Shown: one piece after another, positions 1 to 12,029 of the stretch | Layout: each line of letters begins with the position of its first letter | Numbering within the stretch: the first letter of the stretch is position 1 | From: Trypanosoma brucei | Taxonomy: Eukaryota | DNA: 64,000 nucleotides | NCBI GenBank assembly: GCA_000002445.1 | Contig: CM000207.1 | Coordinates: 2,688,001 to 2,752,000, forward strand | Direction: 5' to 3' | The notes under the pieces: model-generated | Told to the model about the DNA's origin: nothing | What the model saw: only the letters and a program-made list of their open reading frames with translations | The model's database searches: none | Translations under genes and position numbers: made by a program

Positions 1-345
1 AAAATTGAAATGGAGGATTTTTTAAAATAACCTTGAAGTTATATAAAAATTATACAGATGCTTCAAACATAGATCTATATGCTTGATAGGTTGTAACTGG
101 CCGCAACGAAAAATAAGGCGTAGTCAGGGCCGACGGACAACAGAAAATCGACAAATCCGAACACGACATAACGGTTTAGAGGCTGTCTGCGTCAAAGGAG
201 AAGCGCTGCCGATGCACAAAGGCCATAGCGGTCAGCCGAGAAATGCTATAGTTAAAAAACCAACATAAGCAGCACATTAAAATCAACCTAGCCATTTACA
301 AACAAAGATCCCTAAACAAAGCAAAGCACACGTAAGTAAGCGACA

Positions 346-1660
346 ATGCGGTGGATCGGCATTTCCCTCGTCTTTGTCATAATTGCAACAGCAGATTTCG
401 GCGGCTCAACAACGGGGGACGCAGCCCAAGACAAACTTGAGACAGCATGCCAGGAGGCAGCATTCGCCGCAGAAGTGGCACATACCTACGAAGCAAGGGC
501 AGTTGAGGCGGAAAGTGCTTGTCAGCAAATCGTGAAGCAGGCACTTATTTGGAACTTAGCGGCACAAACAGAAATAAAACACGAAAGAAGCGTCTTACTA
601 GCAGCACTTTCTGCATCAGCGACGGCACTCGCCTCCGAAGCAGAGAAACAAGAAAAAGAAAAGGCAGAAAAACTACAAAAAGCAGCACAGGCATTCGCCC
701 GGCGAGCGGAGGCTTTACAAACGGCGTATAAAATGGCTGCAACAACTTACGCAGCAAACAGCAACCCTTTCACAGCTCCAGCGAACACCGGCTACACGAT
801 AACGAGCGGCGCAGCCAACGAACGATAAAGTACGTGCGGCGACGAGGCGAAGAAAGGTGACGGTAAGAACCGAGGCCCAAAGCGTTTGCGACCGCCGCAC
901 TGAAGAAACTGAAGATAACAAAAAACTCCGACATCCACAAACTACTAAAACAGCGTCCGTCAGCGTTACATCATCAAACAGCAACTGCGACACGGCCAAT
1001 TCGGCAACGAGCAGCATAAAGTCATGCACCGGAAACATAGGAGGCGGCACTGCGTTTAAACTGGCGAAACAAAAAGGCCCGCAGCCAACCAAGAGCAGCA
1101 TCTTCTAGTCAGAGGACCGCAGGAATGGATGCAAAAAAAAGCTGGAAACTGACGTCGACAAAAAAGACCCAACAAAAGTTTTTCTAAACACGATATGCTT
1201 GTCGGAACTACATGCAACCAAGGACCTGCCCAAGCTAGTCGACATCAATCCAAGCTCACTGGCAGCAGACGACAGCGTGATAACAGCAATCCGAAACGCC
1301 AATACAGCGTTCAGTAACATCAAAGACGTCAGCGATGGCGCGAAAAACAGCGAGTTAGTCGAATATGTAACCAAGGCCTACGGTGAAACGCTTGAAAAAT
1401 TTACAGACGAGTTTATCACAAAGATGAACAAGTAACATTTAAAGTATGGAGCTTCTAAAGAGAAGGCAACCAGTACCCTTGAGGAATTAGCAACAAAAAA
1501 AGAAGCAGGAACAGCAATAAGTTTTTATCATGAACAGCAGCAAAGAAACAAAACAGAAGATTCAACTAAGGAAAAAGAAGCAACAGACAAAACAGGAGAA
1601 AAGAAAGACGGGAATAGTAAAGCCAAAGTTGTAAATTGCACAAGTCATGCCAATCACAAT
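346..1660 (+). pseudogene. VSG pseudogene (N-terminal domain, fragmented into 3 frames); 3' flank truncated by ingi insertion
   Basis: ORFs 346..828 (hydrophobic leader plus Ala-rich coiled-coil N-domain), 857..1108 and 1199..1435 are consecutive in different frames; compositional and motif resemblance to VSG N-domains elsewhere in window. Confidence 0.5.
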
Positions 1661-2043
1661 GTGTGATCAAAGGAACAGAATTGTAAATGAGAAAATAATG
1701 CTTAAAAAAATTCAAGTTTCCTTGCAAATTAAATTTTAATATGATTGCTGCTGATTTTGTGAGATTTCTATTATCAGGAATTTTGCTCAATTTCACAAAA
1801 TTTGCCATTAACGGAGATTTATCTATATTTGGTAAAATATGAAATATTTTAAAAACCATTTAATAAAATGCATAAACTACATAAATTAATAAAAATTTTA
1901 CGTATAACATTTTGTTATGAAAGTGGAATATTTTTTCAAAGTAATGGGCAAATAGGGTATGAAAATGAATCATATTAATAAACTGTTCGAATTATGTTAA
2001 CTAGTAATAGTAAGAATGCCTTCCGCATGTCTGGCACCTCAAC

Positions 2044-5000
2044 GTGGTGCCATGGTCCAGTACCCCGTATCATCGGGGGAAGCCAAGAGCTAGCAGCGTT
2101 CCTTTCATGGGAAACACTGCTGCCTCTTGGCTTTCCCCGATGATACAGCACAGGGATCAGCAGCGTCTTGCTGGGACACCGTTTTTCATTTGTCGGTCCC
2201 TGGGCACGTCAAAGCGTGCCATCAGCAGTATCATCCGCACTAAGATGCTGCTGTCCGGTGATGTGGAAGAGAATCCCGGCCCGTCGTTGCGCGGGATGCA
2301 GTGGAACTGCGCCGGGCTATCTCAAGGAAAGAGATTAGCACTCCACAAAACCCTTGTTGATGAGCGGATCGCCTTTTGTCTGTTGAGCGAGACAAGGATG
2401 ACGCTTGGAGAGGAGGCTTGCTTTACCGTTTCTGGCTACCAACATCACGGAATAGCTCGTAACTGCAAAGGAGGTGGTGTATCAATACTAGTGAGGGAGG
2501 ACTTACTAGTCGAGACCGGTATGGCCGTTGTTGGTCGCATTGAACAAGTGCATGCAACAATTCACCTTGCACGTGGAACGGCGCTGACTGTCACGTCGGC
2601 ATACGTCCCACCAAAACACACCTTCACGGCAACTGACCTAGATACGCTTCTGACAACTGACGGTGCCCAGCTCATCGGTGCAGACGCTAACGCACACGCG
2701 TTGGCATGGGATCGCACGAGCCCACCAAATACCAAGGGTGAAACCCTCACACAGTGGTGCATTGACAACCAGTTTCTGGTCTGCAACACTGGTGAGTGCA
2801 CCAGGTACGCGCGCCACCACGGGGAATCTACCCTTGATGTGACACTGTCAAGGAATTGCACAGTGTACATGTGGACATCGCTGTATTCTCCAGATAGCGA
2901 TCACCATAACATATTTTTCGACGTTATCGTTGGAGACGACACAGATGCACTGAGTTGCACGCGGCCTCGAATGCCCATGTACGTATGGCTAAAAGCTGAC
3001 TGGAGGAATTTCCGTCTCAAGGTTGACGAGCTCTGCAGGAAAATTGGTAGAGAGAAGAACGTCAATACCCTGGAACAGAAATTGAGCTCCGCCATCCGCA
3101 TTGCGACGAAGATGTTCGTCCCCCGTGGCTGCAGAGCAACGCCACCACATTGGACACCAACGCTCACTAAACTCGATGAAGAGATCGCTGGATGCGGACC
3201 CTCCCACCGAAGGGAAATGTTGGTAGCCACGCGTAAGCAGATCCTGGACCGTACCACAAAGAAGAGATGGAGAACGCTATGCTCCAGACTTGCGGTGTCA
3301 GACCGCTGCAGTTGGCACATTGTCAAGAAGGTATATGCGCCACGACCACTAACCACACTGGCGGTACTTGTTGATAACGCGGCCATCACGGACTACCGTC
3401 AAGCTGAGAGGTTCAGTAAACTGTACTCGTCCCGCGCAAGAAGGCAACCCGACTCACACCCACCGGCACCCATAAAGACGATAGCGAGTGAGTTCAGTCC
3501 CATCACGATGGCTGAACTACGGAGATCGATCAAACTGCTTCCGACCGGATCCGCAGCCGGACCTGATTGCTTATACAACGAGGCACTGCAACATCTCGGC
3601 AGAAAAGCGCTGAATGTTGTTCTGAGGCTATTCAATGAGAGCCTACGAGCGGGAGTCGTGCTGCCTGCATGGAAGATTGGTGTTATCATCCCCATCCTGA
3701 AGGCCGGAAAAAAGGCGGAGGACCTCGATTCTTACAGGCCTGTGACGCTCACGAGCTGTCTCTGCAAAGTCATGGAGCGCATAATTGCCGCGAGGCTTAG
3801 AGACACTGTTGAGTCCCAGCTGACGCCGCAGCAATCAGGCTTTCGCCCCGGATGCTCAACGCTCGAACAACTCCTGCACGTCCGCGCTGCCCTCTGCCGT
3901 CCCACGCACCAACATCGTACGGGTGCTGTATTCGTTGACTACGAGAAGGCATTCGATACAGTAGACCACGACAAAATTGCGAGGGAAATGCACAGAATGA
4001 AGGTATCACCCTACATTGTGAAGTGGTGCGTATCATTTCTGAGTAACCGAACTGGCAGAGTGAGATTCAAGGAGAAGCTTTCCAGAAGCAGAACATTTGA
4101 GCGAGGAGTGCCAAAAGGAACTGTCCTTGGCCCAATCATGTTCATTATTGTCATGAACTCGTTGAGCCAACGCCTTGCAGAAGTGCCGTTACTGCAGCAC
4201 GGATTCTTTGCAGACGACCTAACGCTACTTGCGAGGCACACAGAGAGGGATGTCATCAACCACACACTGCAATGCGGCCTCAACGTGGTGTTACAGTGGT
4301 CAAAAGAGTACTTTATGTCTGTCAACGTAGCGAAAACAAAGTGCACACTCTTCGGGTGTACAGAGCGCCATCCCCTTACATTGCAACTGGACGGCGAAAG
4401 AATAGGAGCTGACAGGACACCGAAGCTTCTCGGAGTAACATTCCAGCGTCTGCATGGGATGGCAACACATGCAGCCGAAACGAGACGCAAGATGGACTTC
4501 AGAATACTGCAGATAGCAGCCATCTCAGCTTCTACATGGGGGCCAAGACGACAAGTGCTGAGAGCTTTTTATCTAGCACTCGTACAGGCACACACCATGT
4601 ATGGCATTGAGGTATGGTACTGGGACGCTTCGGAACGAAGTCGCGACCTCCTTGCAGCAGCACAACACAAAGCCAGTCGCATCATAGCTGGCATACCGCA
4701 TGGGACGCGCAAAGAGGACTCTCTGCTGGAAGCAAACCTCCTGCCACTCAAGACGACCACTCTTGTGCGCAGCATGAAATTCATGCTGATGTGTGAGTCA
4801 CGAGGCGGATGTTTGCGGCGCAGTGCTGAAGAAGTATACCACAGCAAACACCCAGTCAGAGCCCTACATTCCCGCATCATGCTGTCGTACCCTCTTCTCC
4901 ACATTGAGCCACGCGAGCACCCACTAGAGACATCGACGCTCCGCCACAGCTGCCGACCGCTATTTCACACGCAGATAAAGCCTGTGTGCGCTGATGACCC

Positions 5001-5382
5001 TGACGATGTCAAAAGGGAGGCTTCCGAAAAGTGGATTGAACGGCATTTTGCACGGAGGGGGAAGGAGCCACCGCGACGAGAGCACTACGAATTGTGGACT
5101 GATGGATCCGTGTCCCTCTGTGAGAAGTCCGGAGCAGTTGCTCTGCTCTATAAAAACAATACGCTTATTTGTGCACCCAAAACCGGAGCAGGGGAAATCT
5201 CATGCAGTTACAGAGCGGAATGCGTAGCATTAGAGATAGAACTGCAACGGCTGCTGAAATGGCTTCCGGCATACAGAAGCACACCGAGCAGGTTGTCCAT
5301 CTTCTCTGACTCGCTGTCAATGTTAACAGCACTGCAGACAGGCCCCCTAGCCGTAACGGACCCAATTCTAAGACGACTATGA
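2044..5382 (+). CDS. ingi polyprotein, N-terminal 1112 aa: 2A-like peptide, AP-endonuclease, reverse transcriptase, start of RNase H; ends at in-frame TGA 5383-5385
   Basis: ORF track 1112 aa; motifs DVEENPGP, RT segment ...PVTLTSCLCKVMERII... and GFFADDLTLLA (Y/FxDD box), RNase H-like ELWTDGS...AECVALE. Confidence 0.9.
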   Translation: MVPWSSTPYHRGKPRASSVPFMGNTAASWLSPMIQHRDQQRLAGTPFFICRSLGTSKRAISSIIRTKMLLSGDVEENPGPSLRGMQWNCAGLSQGKRLALHKTLVDERIAFCLLSETRMTLGEEACFTVSGYQHHGIARNCKGGGVSILVREDLLVETGMAVVGRIEQVHATIHLARGTALTVTSAYVPPKHTFTATDLDTLLTTDGAQLIGADANAHALAWDRTSPPNTKGETLTQWCIDNQFLVCNTGECTRYARHHGESTLDVTLSRNCTVYMWTSLYSPDSDHHNIFFDVIVGDDTDALSCTRPRMPMYVWLKADWRNFRLKVDELCRKIGREKNVNTLEQKLSSAIRIATKMFVPRGCRATPPHWTPTLTKLDEEIAGCGPSHRREMLVATRKQILDRTTKKRWRTLCSRLAVSDRCSWHIVKKVYAPRPLTTLAVLVDNAAITDYRQAERFSKLYSSRARRQPDSHPPAPIKTIASEFSPITMAELRRSIKLLPTGSAAGPDCLYNEALQHLGRKALNVVLRLFNESLRAGVVLPAWKIGVIIPILKAGKKAEDLDSYRPVTLTSCLCKVMERIIAARLRDTVESQLTPQQSGFRPGCSTLEQLLHVRAALCRPTHQHRTGAVFVDYEKAFDTVDHDKIAREMHRMKVSPYIVKWCVSFLSNRTGRVRFKEKLSRSRTFERGVPKGTVLGPIMFIIVMNSLSQRLAEVPLLQHGFFADDLTLLARHTERDVINHTLQCGLNVVLQWSKEYFMSVNVAKTKCTLFGCTERHPLTLQLDGERIGADRTPKLLGVTFQRLHGMATHAAETRRKMDFRILQIAAISASTWGPRRQVLRAFYLALVQAHTMYGIEVWYWDASERSRDLLAAAQHKASRIIAGIPHGTRKEDSLLEANLLPLKTTTLVRSMKFMLMCESRGGCLRRSAEEVYHSKHPVRALHSRIMLSYPLLHIEPREHPLETSTLRHSCRPLFHTQIKPVCADDPDDVKREASEKWIERHFARRGKEPPRREHYELWTDGSVSLCEKSGAVALLYKNNTLICAPKTGAGEISCSYRAECVALEIELQRLLKWLPAYRSTPSRLSIFSDSLSMLTALQTGPLAVTDPILRRL
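2260..2283 (+). other. 2A-like ribosome-skipping peptide motif (DVEENPGP) at codons 73-80 of ingi ORF
   Basis: gat gtg gaa gag aat ccc ggc ccg read directly from sequence; matches the D(V/I)ExNPGP 2A consensus reported for L1Tc/ingi-clade elements. Confidence 0.85.
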
Positions 5383-5412
5383 AGGCTTCTGCTTCAAGTT
5401 CAGAGAAGGAAG

Positions 5413-6741
5413 GTGCGTATCAGACTGCAATTTGTGTTTGGCCATTGTGGCGTGAAACGGAATGAGTTTTGTAATGAAATGGCCAAAAAGGCCGCTGATT
5501 TACCACAGTTGCGAGACACATGGATCCCCGACATCATTGCTTATGCGAAGCGAGTGCTTAGGTCGGAAGAAGTCCATGAGAACACTCATAGGTTTGGTAT
5601 CACGGGCAACCACTTTCCAACAAAACATAAGGAAGAACTGACGAGGGAAGAAGAAACGGCACTGGCACGCTTTCGGGTTGGGTCTTCAAGACACTATGGA
5701 TGGATGTTGCGAAAGATCAACCCGAGTGTGCCTCCACAGTGCCGATGGTATAACCCGCAACATGCAGCGATAGGACCAACAATACAAACAGCCCCAACTG
5801 TTGCGACACGCACTCTTCAGAGAACCTCCGAACCGACCAAATGTACGGAATGTGATGCCACATACCAATGCCGCTCGAGTACTGTAACGCACATGGTAAA
5901 CAAACATGGCTTTGTGCGAGCTGATGCCCACCGGAGGATCAAATACGGCGATGCAACACCCGCAGTGGATATCCCCCCGGAGCCCCCTCCAGTGGTGGCG
6001 ATCGTTCCTTTACTATCGAGCACACGAGTCCTGATGAGACCGCAGGTGCTTCATTGTACCATCTGTGCCTCCAAATTCGCAGTACCAGGCCGACTACTAC
6101 ACCACCTTAGAACAATACATGGCATAGGTAGCGGTAGTTGCCGCGTGAAAAGGGGGCGAGAGAACGAGGACTCAGTGCAAGGAGATGGTAGAGCCCCAGC
6201 AGCGCCAGTCTCTCAGGATACACGGAAGCTGCCGTTTCAATGTGACCTGTGCGAGACGAGCTTCGGTACACGCTCTTCCCGGTCACTACACAAGAAATTC
6301 AAACATAAGAGCATAGTGACGGAGGACGGTACCGTGGTGGTGGTGCAATTCCCTCGTAAGCGTGCCCGTGAAGGAAACGTTGACGTCCCGGGGAAAGGCG
6401 AGGTGCAGTGTGGTGTGTGCCAAAAAGTGCTCAGTTGCAGGGATTCTCTCATCCGACACTGTAAGGCTTTCCACAAAGGTGAGGGAGTCGAGGTTAAATG
6501 CAGCAAAAGCACAAAATTGTGTGCCACTGATTCCCCGCATACAAATGCATCCATGTTGGTGTGCCTGACATGCGGAAGGCAGTGTGCTAGCAAAACTGGC
6601 CTCACCCTACATCAAAAGAAGATGCACGGTATGAAGGTAGAGCGCGCTGTTACCAGCCAACGCGGCGACTGCGAAGAAACGGCGCTGCACCTGATGAGCT
6701 GTCCCGGTTTGAAGGAATTACGTGTCAGGTTAGCTGTATAA
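5413..6741 (+). CDS. ingi polyprotein C-terminal portion (same frame as 2044..5382, separated by one TGA): end of RNase H plus four C2H2 zinc fingers
   Basis: Same reading frame (positions 1 mod 3) as upstream ORF; fingers CTICASKF..HHLRTIH, CDLCETSF..HKKFKH, CGVCQKVL..RHCKAFH, CLTCGRQC..HQKKMH. Confidence 0.85.
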   Translation: MRIRLQFVFGHCGVKRNEFCNEMAKKAADLPQLRDTWIPDIIAYAKRVLRSEEVHENTHRFGITGNHFPTKHKEELTREEETALARFRVGSSRHYGWMLRKINPSVPPQCRWYNPQHAAIGPTIQTAPTVATRTLQRTSEPTKCTECDATYQCRSSTVTHMVNKHGFVRADAHRRIKYGDATPAVDIPPEPPPVVAIVPLLSSTRVLMRPQVLHCTICASKFAVPGRLLHHLRTIHGIGSGSCRVKRGRENEDSVQGDGRAPAAPVSQDTRKLPFQCDLCETSFGTRSSRSLHKKFKHKSIVTEDGTVVVVQFPRKRAREGNVDVPGKGEVQCGVCQKVLSCRDSLIRHCKAFHKGEGVEVKCSKSTKLCATDSPHTNASMLVCLTCGRQCASKTGLTLHQKKMHGMKVERAVTSQRGDCEETALHLMSCPGLKELRVRLAV

Positions 6742-9453
6742 GGTGAGTGTGTGCAGGATGTATGATTCTCTAAAAGGCTGGCGCAATTTCTCATTGCGGT
6801 TGAACGAAGCCGGCCGCATGTGAAGTCCTCCCCTAATGTAACAGTTATACAACCCACTTTCCTTTCTGCAACTTTCCCCCTTATTGCCGAGTGTGGAGCT
6901 AGCAGGAAAAGCACCGGACGCAGGAATAGTCCAGACACCCTCAGAGACAGAGGAGGTATGCAGTCAACAAGCAACAGGAACAGAAAGAGGGGGAGAGAAT
7001 AATAAACGAATAACAAAAATCAACACAAAAGGGTTGCTAATTGACATCTTTGGGAGAGTCCGGGTTGGGTGGCTTCTCGCCCCATCTGCTGTATTCCGTT
7101 CAACTGCGGAGCTACAACAAAAATTATAGAGAGTGTGTTAGGCTGAATAAAAAAGGGAGACTCTGCCACAGTCGCCAGACCGATAGCATCTCAGGGCTCT
7201 ACGGTGATGGCTGATGGTCGCGCCAGTGGGGGGAAACTCCCACGAAGGCACGAAGAAAATTTAAAAAAAAAATTCCTGCTCCAACCCCTGGTCTAGGACT
7301 TTTGCAGTCTTACAGATCGCTGCGAATGTCGCTGGCTCGAAAGGTTTGCCTGAGGCCTCTCCACATTTGGTTACAGCTCCGCATGGGATTGCTACTGTTG
7401 CAAAAAGTCCCTGCAGCGTTGTGCTTGCAATTGCCATGAAATCCTGGTCTTGTGTATTGTTGTAATGGAAATAGCGAGTGGGATGCGCAGGTGAGCTACT
7501 TGGCTAGGCTTGGTGTGATTTTTCCTTTAGAACCTGGGACAGGGGTGTGGTATTGGTTTCTAGCTTATCGCCGCTTGCAGCAGCTATTGTCCAGGTTACA
7601 CGGTTTATATCGGCGCTGAAGTTGTGACTGCACGCAATAACCGTATCTGTAGTCAGCTGTGAATCTGGTATGTTAATTGGGTGTCTAATAATAACCGTGC
7701 AAAACGTTGTTTTGATGCTTGACAAGTCTGTGATTTGTATTCGACGACAGTTCGTGTGCCGAGAGCGGTGGTTGGCACCGGCAATGATGTGAATTTTCCG
7801 GCGTTTACTTGCGCGCCGAGGACTGGTCCGCCAGCCCTCACCTACAACTGTGTATCCATGAATAACACGGGTAGTGCTGCCGCCAGAGGGTTAATGTGCG
7901 TTTAAATTAGTGATCACCCAGTTGTTACTAACAGAATGCATTCTTTACACATTTTTCCTGTGCCAGAAAGAGGTGACAGTGCTTTTTGCGCAAGAGCTTT
8001 GGACTGAGAATTTTAAGCTGCCGTTAGTTTTAGGGTTTGAATAGTTGAGCCATGTAATTTGCTTTCGGTTCCGACTTTCTTGATGTGGTAGAGACGCACT
8101 GAATCCCCTGGCTGAAACGTGTATTTGCAAATCGCTATGCATTTCGCCGCTACCTATAGGGTTTTGACATGTGGTAGCACAAGTTAAGTCGCCAGGGCTG
8201 CACTTTCTTAAAGGAAAAATTGTGCTGCCATTTGCTTTTTACCTAAGTAAATGAGTTTTGTTGATCAGCTATGAGTGTTTATGCTTGTATGCGCTACCGG
8301 TTGTGAAGGTCACGAGGTATAATTGTGTTTTGCGGGATTTATAATCTATCCATACACCAATGTATCAAAACATTTGGTTCTACCGCTTTCAGATAAATGT
8401 GTTAAGTTCATAAATCTTCTAAACCTCTCTATATAGAAATTTTCAATATTTATGGGTGTTTGTAGGTTTTTTATACTTTTATTTTATTTTTACAGCTTCT
8501 TTAATAACAAAGTGACGGTGAAGTTTTTATTGGAAACTATTGTTCTCCTGCTCGTGGTTCGAACTATTCCCTCCTTCACGCCAACACAAATTTAGATTTG
8601 GAAAATTGTATCCTTAAAGTGCTTTTCGTGTTGCTTTTGTTTTATTAATACAATCTGTTAGTATTGCATTAGTCACAACATTTATGTTAAATATTTGTTA
8701 CGCGAGATCTCTTAATGTCTGTTCAGTATAACAATACGGTATTGGTCTAGTGTCACAAGTAATTCTCTCTACTTAACAGTGATCCTCCGTGGTTTCATAT
8801 ACGTGGCTTCTCATTTTATTCACGGTGCTCCGTAGTAAAGCTTTAGTCAACAGCGTCTGCTTTCGCTATAACTGTGTACAACGCTGTAGCTACACTTGGT
8901 CCGTCCGTTCCTCTGCGAGTATTAATGATCTCAAACTCCAAATTCTTTTGTATGATGCTTTTTTGTTCATTTCTCCTTTTCCATAAATAATTTTTCTCAT
9001 GATAGCAGTCTTTTACTGACTCACTATCCCACTCACTCACTTAATTTGATTGTACCACTGCCACTGTTTTAAGTCTTTTTATTTTTCTATGCATTTATTA
9101 TGCACTAACATAATAATAATTATATTATCATATGCAGCCTTCTTTAATATCATTAATATTATAATTATTAGTATTGCTACTATTATAAACACAACTAATA
9201 TCCATTTAAAAACAAAATATAATAATTTGTAATATCACGCTTTTTTCATATTCTGTCACCATATTACTCTGTACATATAAAACACTGTCACATTCATTCA
9301 CTAAAATTTGCACATTTTTATTAAAAAGTGTTTAAACATATCGAACGTTATCAAATTCTTAGAAAAATATATAATTTTCACAAAAAAGCAAAGTCTTCAT
9401 AAATTTCATAAAATTTAGAAAAAATCCTTATAATTTTAATAATCCTTATAATG

Positions 9454-10999
9454 CTAATAAGCTAATAAACTTACGGAAGCAGCATCAATCAGAGCCAATT
9501 TATTATTGAAAAGAATGCTGGAATTCTTGCAAGCATTATTTTCCCATTTGCAACCATCTTTACACTCATCTTGCTTTTTTTATCGGAGCACTTTTTGTCC
9601 TCTTTTGGTGTCTCTCCTGTTCCTGTTGATGTGTTTTTCGATCCTGTTTTAGGTTTGTACACATTATTTTCAGCATCACGATCGCATCCAAGTTTTCTGC
9701 ATTCGTCTTCTGTTTTGGCAGTGTGTTTTTCGTATTATTTTTGTGCTTCTAGTTTCTTCTTCCGCATTAAGATTTAGCGTCCTCTACTTTTTGTACTTCC
9801 TCTACGGATGTTTTGCTTCTTGAAGTTTGAATAAGATCATTGAGGCGGTTGCGATCAGTGACGTCTTTTAGTTCCTGGGTCTTCCCGCAGCTAGGATCTT
9901 CTTTTTTTGGGACTTGCGTTGATTTTACACTGTTCCAGATCAAGTTATCAAATTCTTCTTCTGAGCTCCCGTACATTTCCTTGACTTTCTGTGCTATGGA
10001 AGTTGCTTCTACTGGTGAAATTTTAGTCGCTGTTAGTTTCTTGTATATTAACCTGTAGACGTCCAGTTGTAATTCTGCGTCGCTGTGCGACTGCCATGGA
10101 TCGCAGTTGGTGTCGCTGATGCCTGTTTGCGTTAAGGCTGTAGCTATTTCGGCGTCGGCGTGGGCTATTTGTTCGGCCATTTGTTTCGTCGCAGTTGCCC
10201 ACTGTTTGGATGTTTTACCTGCTGGTTTGCCAACCGTCTTGTCTGTTGCCGAAGTTGCTGATGTGAACAACTTCCCCCCTTTCACTGCTAGCTGAGCGGC
10301 GTCAGAGCTGCCTTCGCCACAGGACGCACCCGCCGCACAACACATTGCCGCTGTCGAGGTGTGGTCGCTCGCTGCTGCTGGGTCTTGTTCTATTGTTTTC
10401 AGGTCTAACTTCCACTCCGTTCTCGCTGCAGCGGCTTTGGCCGGTGGCTGTGCTTGTTTGATGTATTCCGAAAGCGGACAGTACTTTGTTGGTATCTCTG
10501 TCTTGCCGGCCGCCGGCTTTATCTTTATAAATTTGTTGGCGGCGCTGATCGTTTTGCCGACGTCCGTGTCTATCTGCATCACTGCCATGGCCTCAAGCGC
10601 TGCAGCTGCGGCTGTCCCTTGTTCTAGGTCAATTATGACGTTGCTTGTGCGATCGCGAAACTGTTTCTTTGTTTCTTCTAATCTTAGTGAACATCGTTCG
10701 TAAAGGTTGACAATCGGTACTAACCGCCCTTTAAACCCCGCATCACTTGCTGATATCATCGCCAGTGGTGCCTGTAGTGAACGAATTTCCACCTGGGTGC
10801 TAGTATCTGCAACCGCTTGCAGCTGTTTTATCGCTTCGCCTGCGTATATAGCGTGTTCCGTGTCGTCCGTGCAATTAGGCGTGCCCTGTGCAATACTGGC
10901 TGGTAGGCGTAGACCGGCCGAAGTGAGGAAAAAAACTAGCCAAATTGACATCTGTAGCCAGTTTGCGTCTTTGTGCCTTTTTTGGTGGTCTCCCGGCAC
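9454..10999 (-). pseudogene. VSG (410-aa N-terminal ORF 9767..10999; C-terminal domain and GPI signal frameshifted, stop near 9454)
   Basis: Signal peptide MSIWLVFFLTSAG, Cys-poor A-type-like N-domain; minus-strand translation of 9454-9560 gives SILFNNKLALIDAAS... GPI-signal-like tail. Confidence 0.75.
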
Positions 11000-12029
11000 G
11001 CGGCTTTAAGCCAATATGCTGTCTATAACGTCTGTTTCTACGATATTGCGGCGTGCTATGGTGTTAGTTTTCCAGTTTGTTAGCTATCCTGGTTTGTAGC
11101 TCTCTGAATACACGCAAAGGAATTGAAAGCAAAGGCACTCTCCATTTTAAGGGCTGCCATTGCTTCAAGTATGCAAAAGAGTGGTATACAGCCTATTGTG
11201 TGGTCCTTCTTCATTCTTGGCTTTTGCTTGCTCCCCCTTTGTTGCTGCCATTGGCACTGTTGCCTTATGAAAAAGTTTGTGGATACTTGCATGCATTTAC
11301 TCTTCCGCAGCCACTGCCTCCCGCCGCTGCTTTCTCATCGCTTGTGATAGAGCTTTGACTCAGCTGGCTTGCCGCTCCTTGCCAGTCGCTGAGACAATGG
11401 GGTATCATATGCTCTTCTCATTGACATTTTAACTTATCTCGCTTTTGTACAAACCCATCTCTACCCCTTATGTACCAAATCTCCCTACCCTCCCAACTGA
11501 GACACCTTACAAAATAACTCATATTTGTTGGTCGGATGTTCTGATCCATACCTTGGATCTTAACAAGCGGCTCCGCTATAAGATTGAAAAACACAGGTCT
11601 CACAATCTATGCAGCAGAATCTATCTTTTTTTAAGTGAGATGCAATACATTATCGGTGCGTCCTGTGTAATTTTTTTCTTTACTATGTTCTCGCACATCT
11701 TGTCGTCTCAGTCTGTATTAACTCTCCTCTTTTTAGTATAATGTCGCTGGTCCTGTATCCTGTAGATGATGTAGCGACAAAGTCTTTCTCATACAAAGGT
11801 TCTTCTTGTGAATTCTTATTCCCTTCAATATATCCGTCTGTATGATGATCCATATTCGCATATTTTCGTTTACAACAGCGTGTGTTCCTCCCCTTTCCCG
11901 CTCTCTAGTTTTCATTCTGCATTTTTTAATGTTAATATTCTTGGTCGTCCTTTGCACTATTCTCACACATAAACTCCATTTTTTCCCTTACAATGATTTC
12001 AAGTGCATCTATTTTGACTGTGCATTTAG

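Larger units (their letters stand above)
2018..7271 (+). mobile_element. ingi non-LTR retrotransposon, copy 1 (~5.25 kb, RIME-type ends, 3' poly(A) at 7262-7271)
   Basis: 5' end CACCTCAACGTGGTGCCA(T/G)GGTCCAGTACCCCGTATCATCGGGGGAAGCCAAGAGC is shared with the second copy at 60377; single long ORF with APE-endonuclease, RT (FADD motif) and RNase H domains, C2H2 fingers at the C-terminus; length matches ingi; terminates in A10. Confidence 0.9.

Noticed and set aside
2562-4904. Long antisense ORFs inside ingi copy 1 (e.g. 2901..3389 minus, 162 aa), mirrored almost exactly in copy 2 (61243..61731)
   Set aside because: Their conservation is explained by the high nucleotide identity of the two ingi copies. 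They lack any protein-like motifs and overlap the well-supported sense polyprotein.
9050-9232. ORF 9050..9232 (Ile/Asn-rich) and other AT-rich ORFs such as 51020..51493 and 44293..44610
   Set aside because: They are translations of AT-rich 70-bp-repeat or low-complexity DNA (ATAATAATA runs), not genes.
10107-11009. Plus-strand ORFs (10107..10295, 10359..10703, 10707..11009) and many similar ORFs opposite every VSG
   Set aside because: They are antisense to VSG coding sequence with intact VSG features on the other strand. The Ala/Cys/Ser-rich low-complexity translations are typical of GC-skewed antisense frames.
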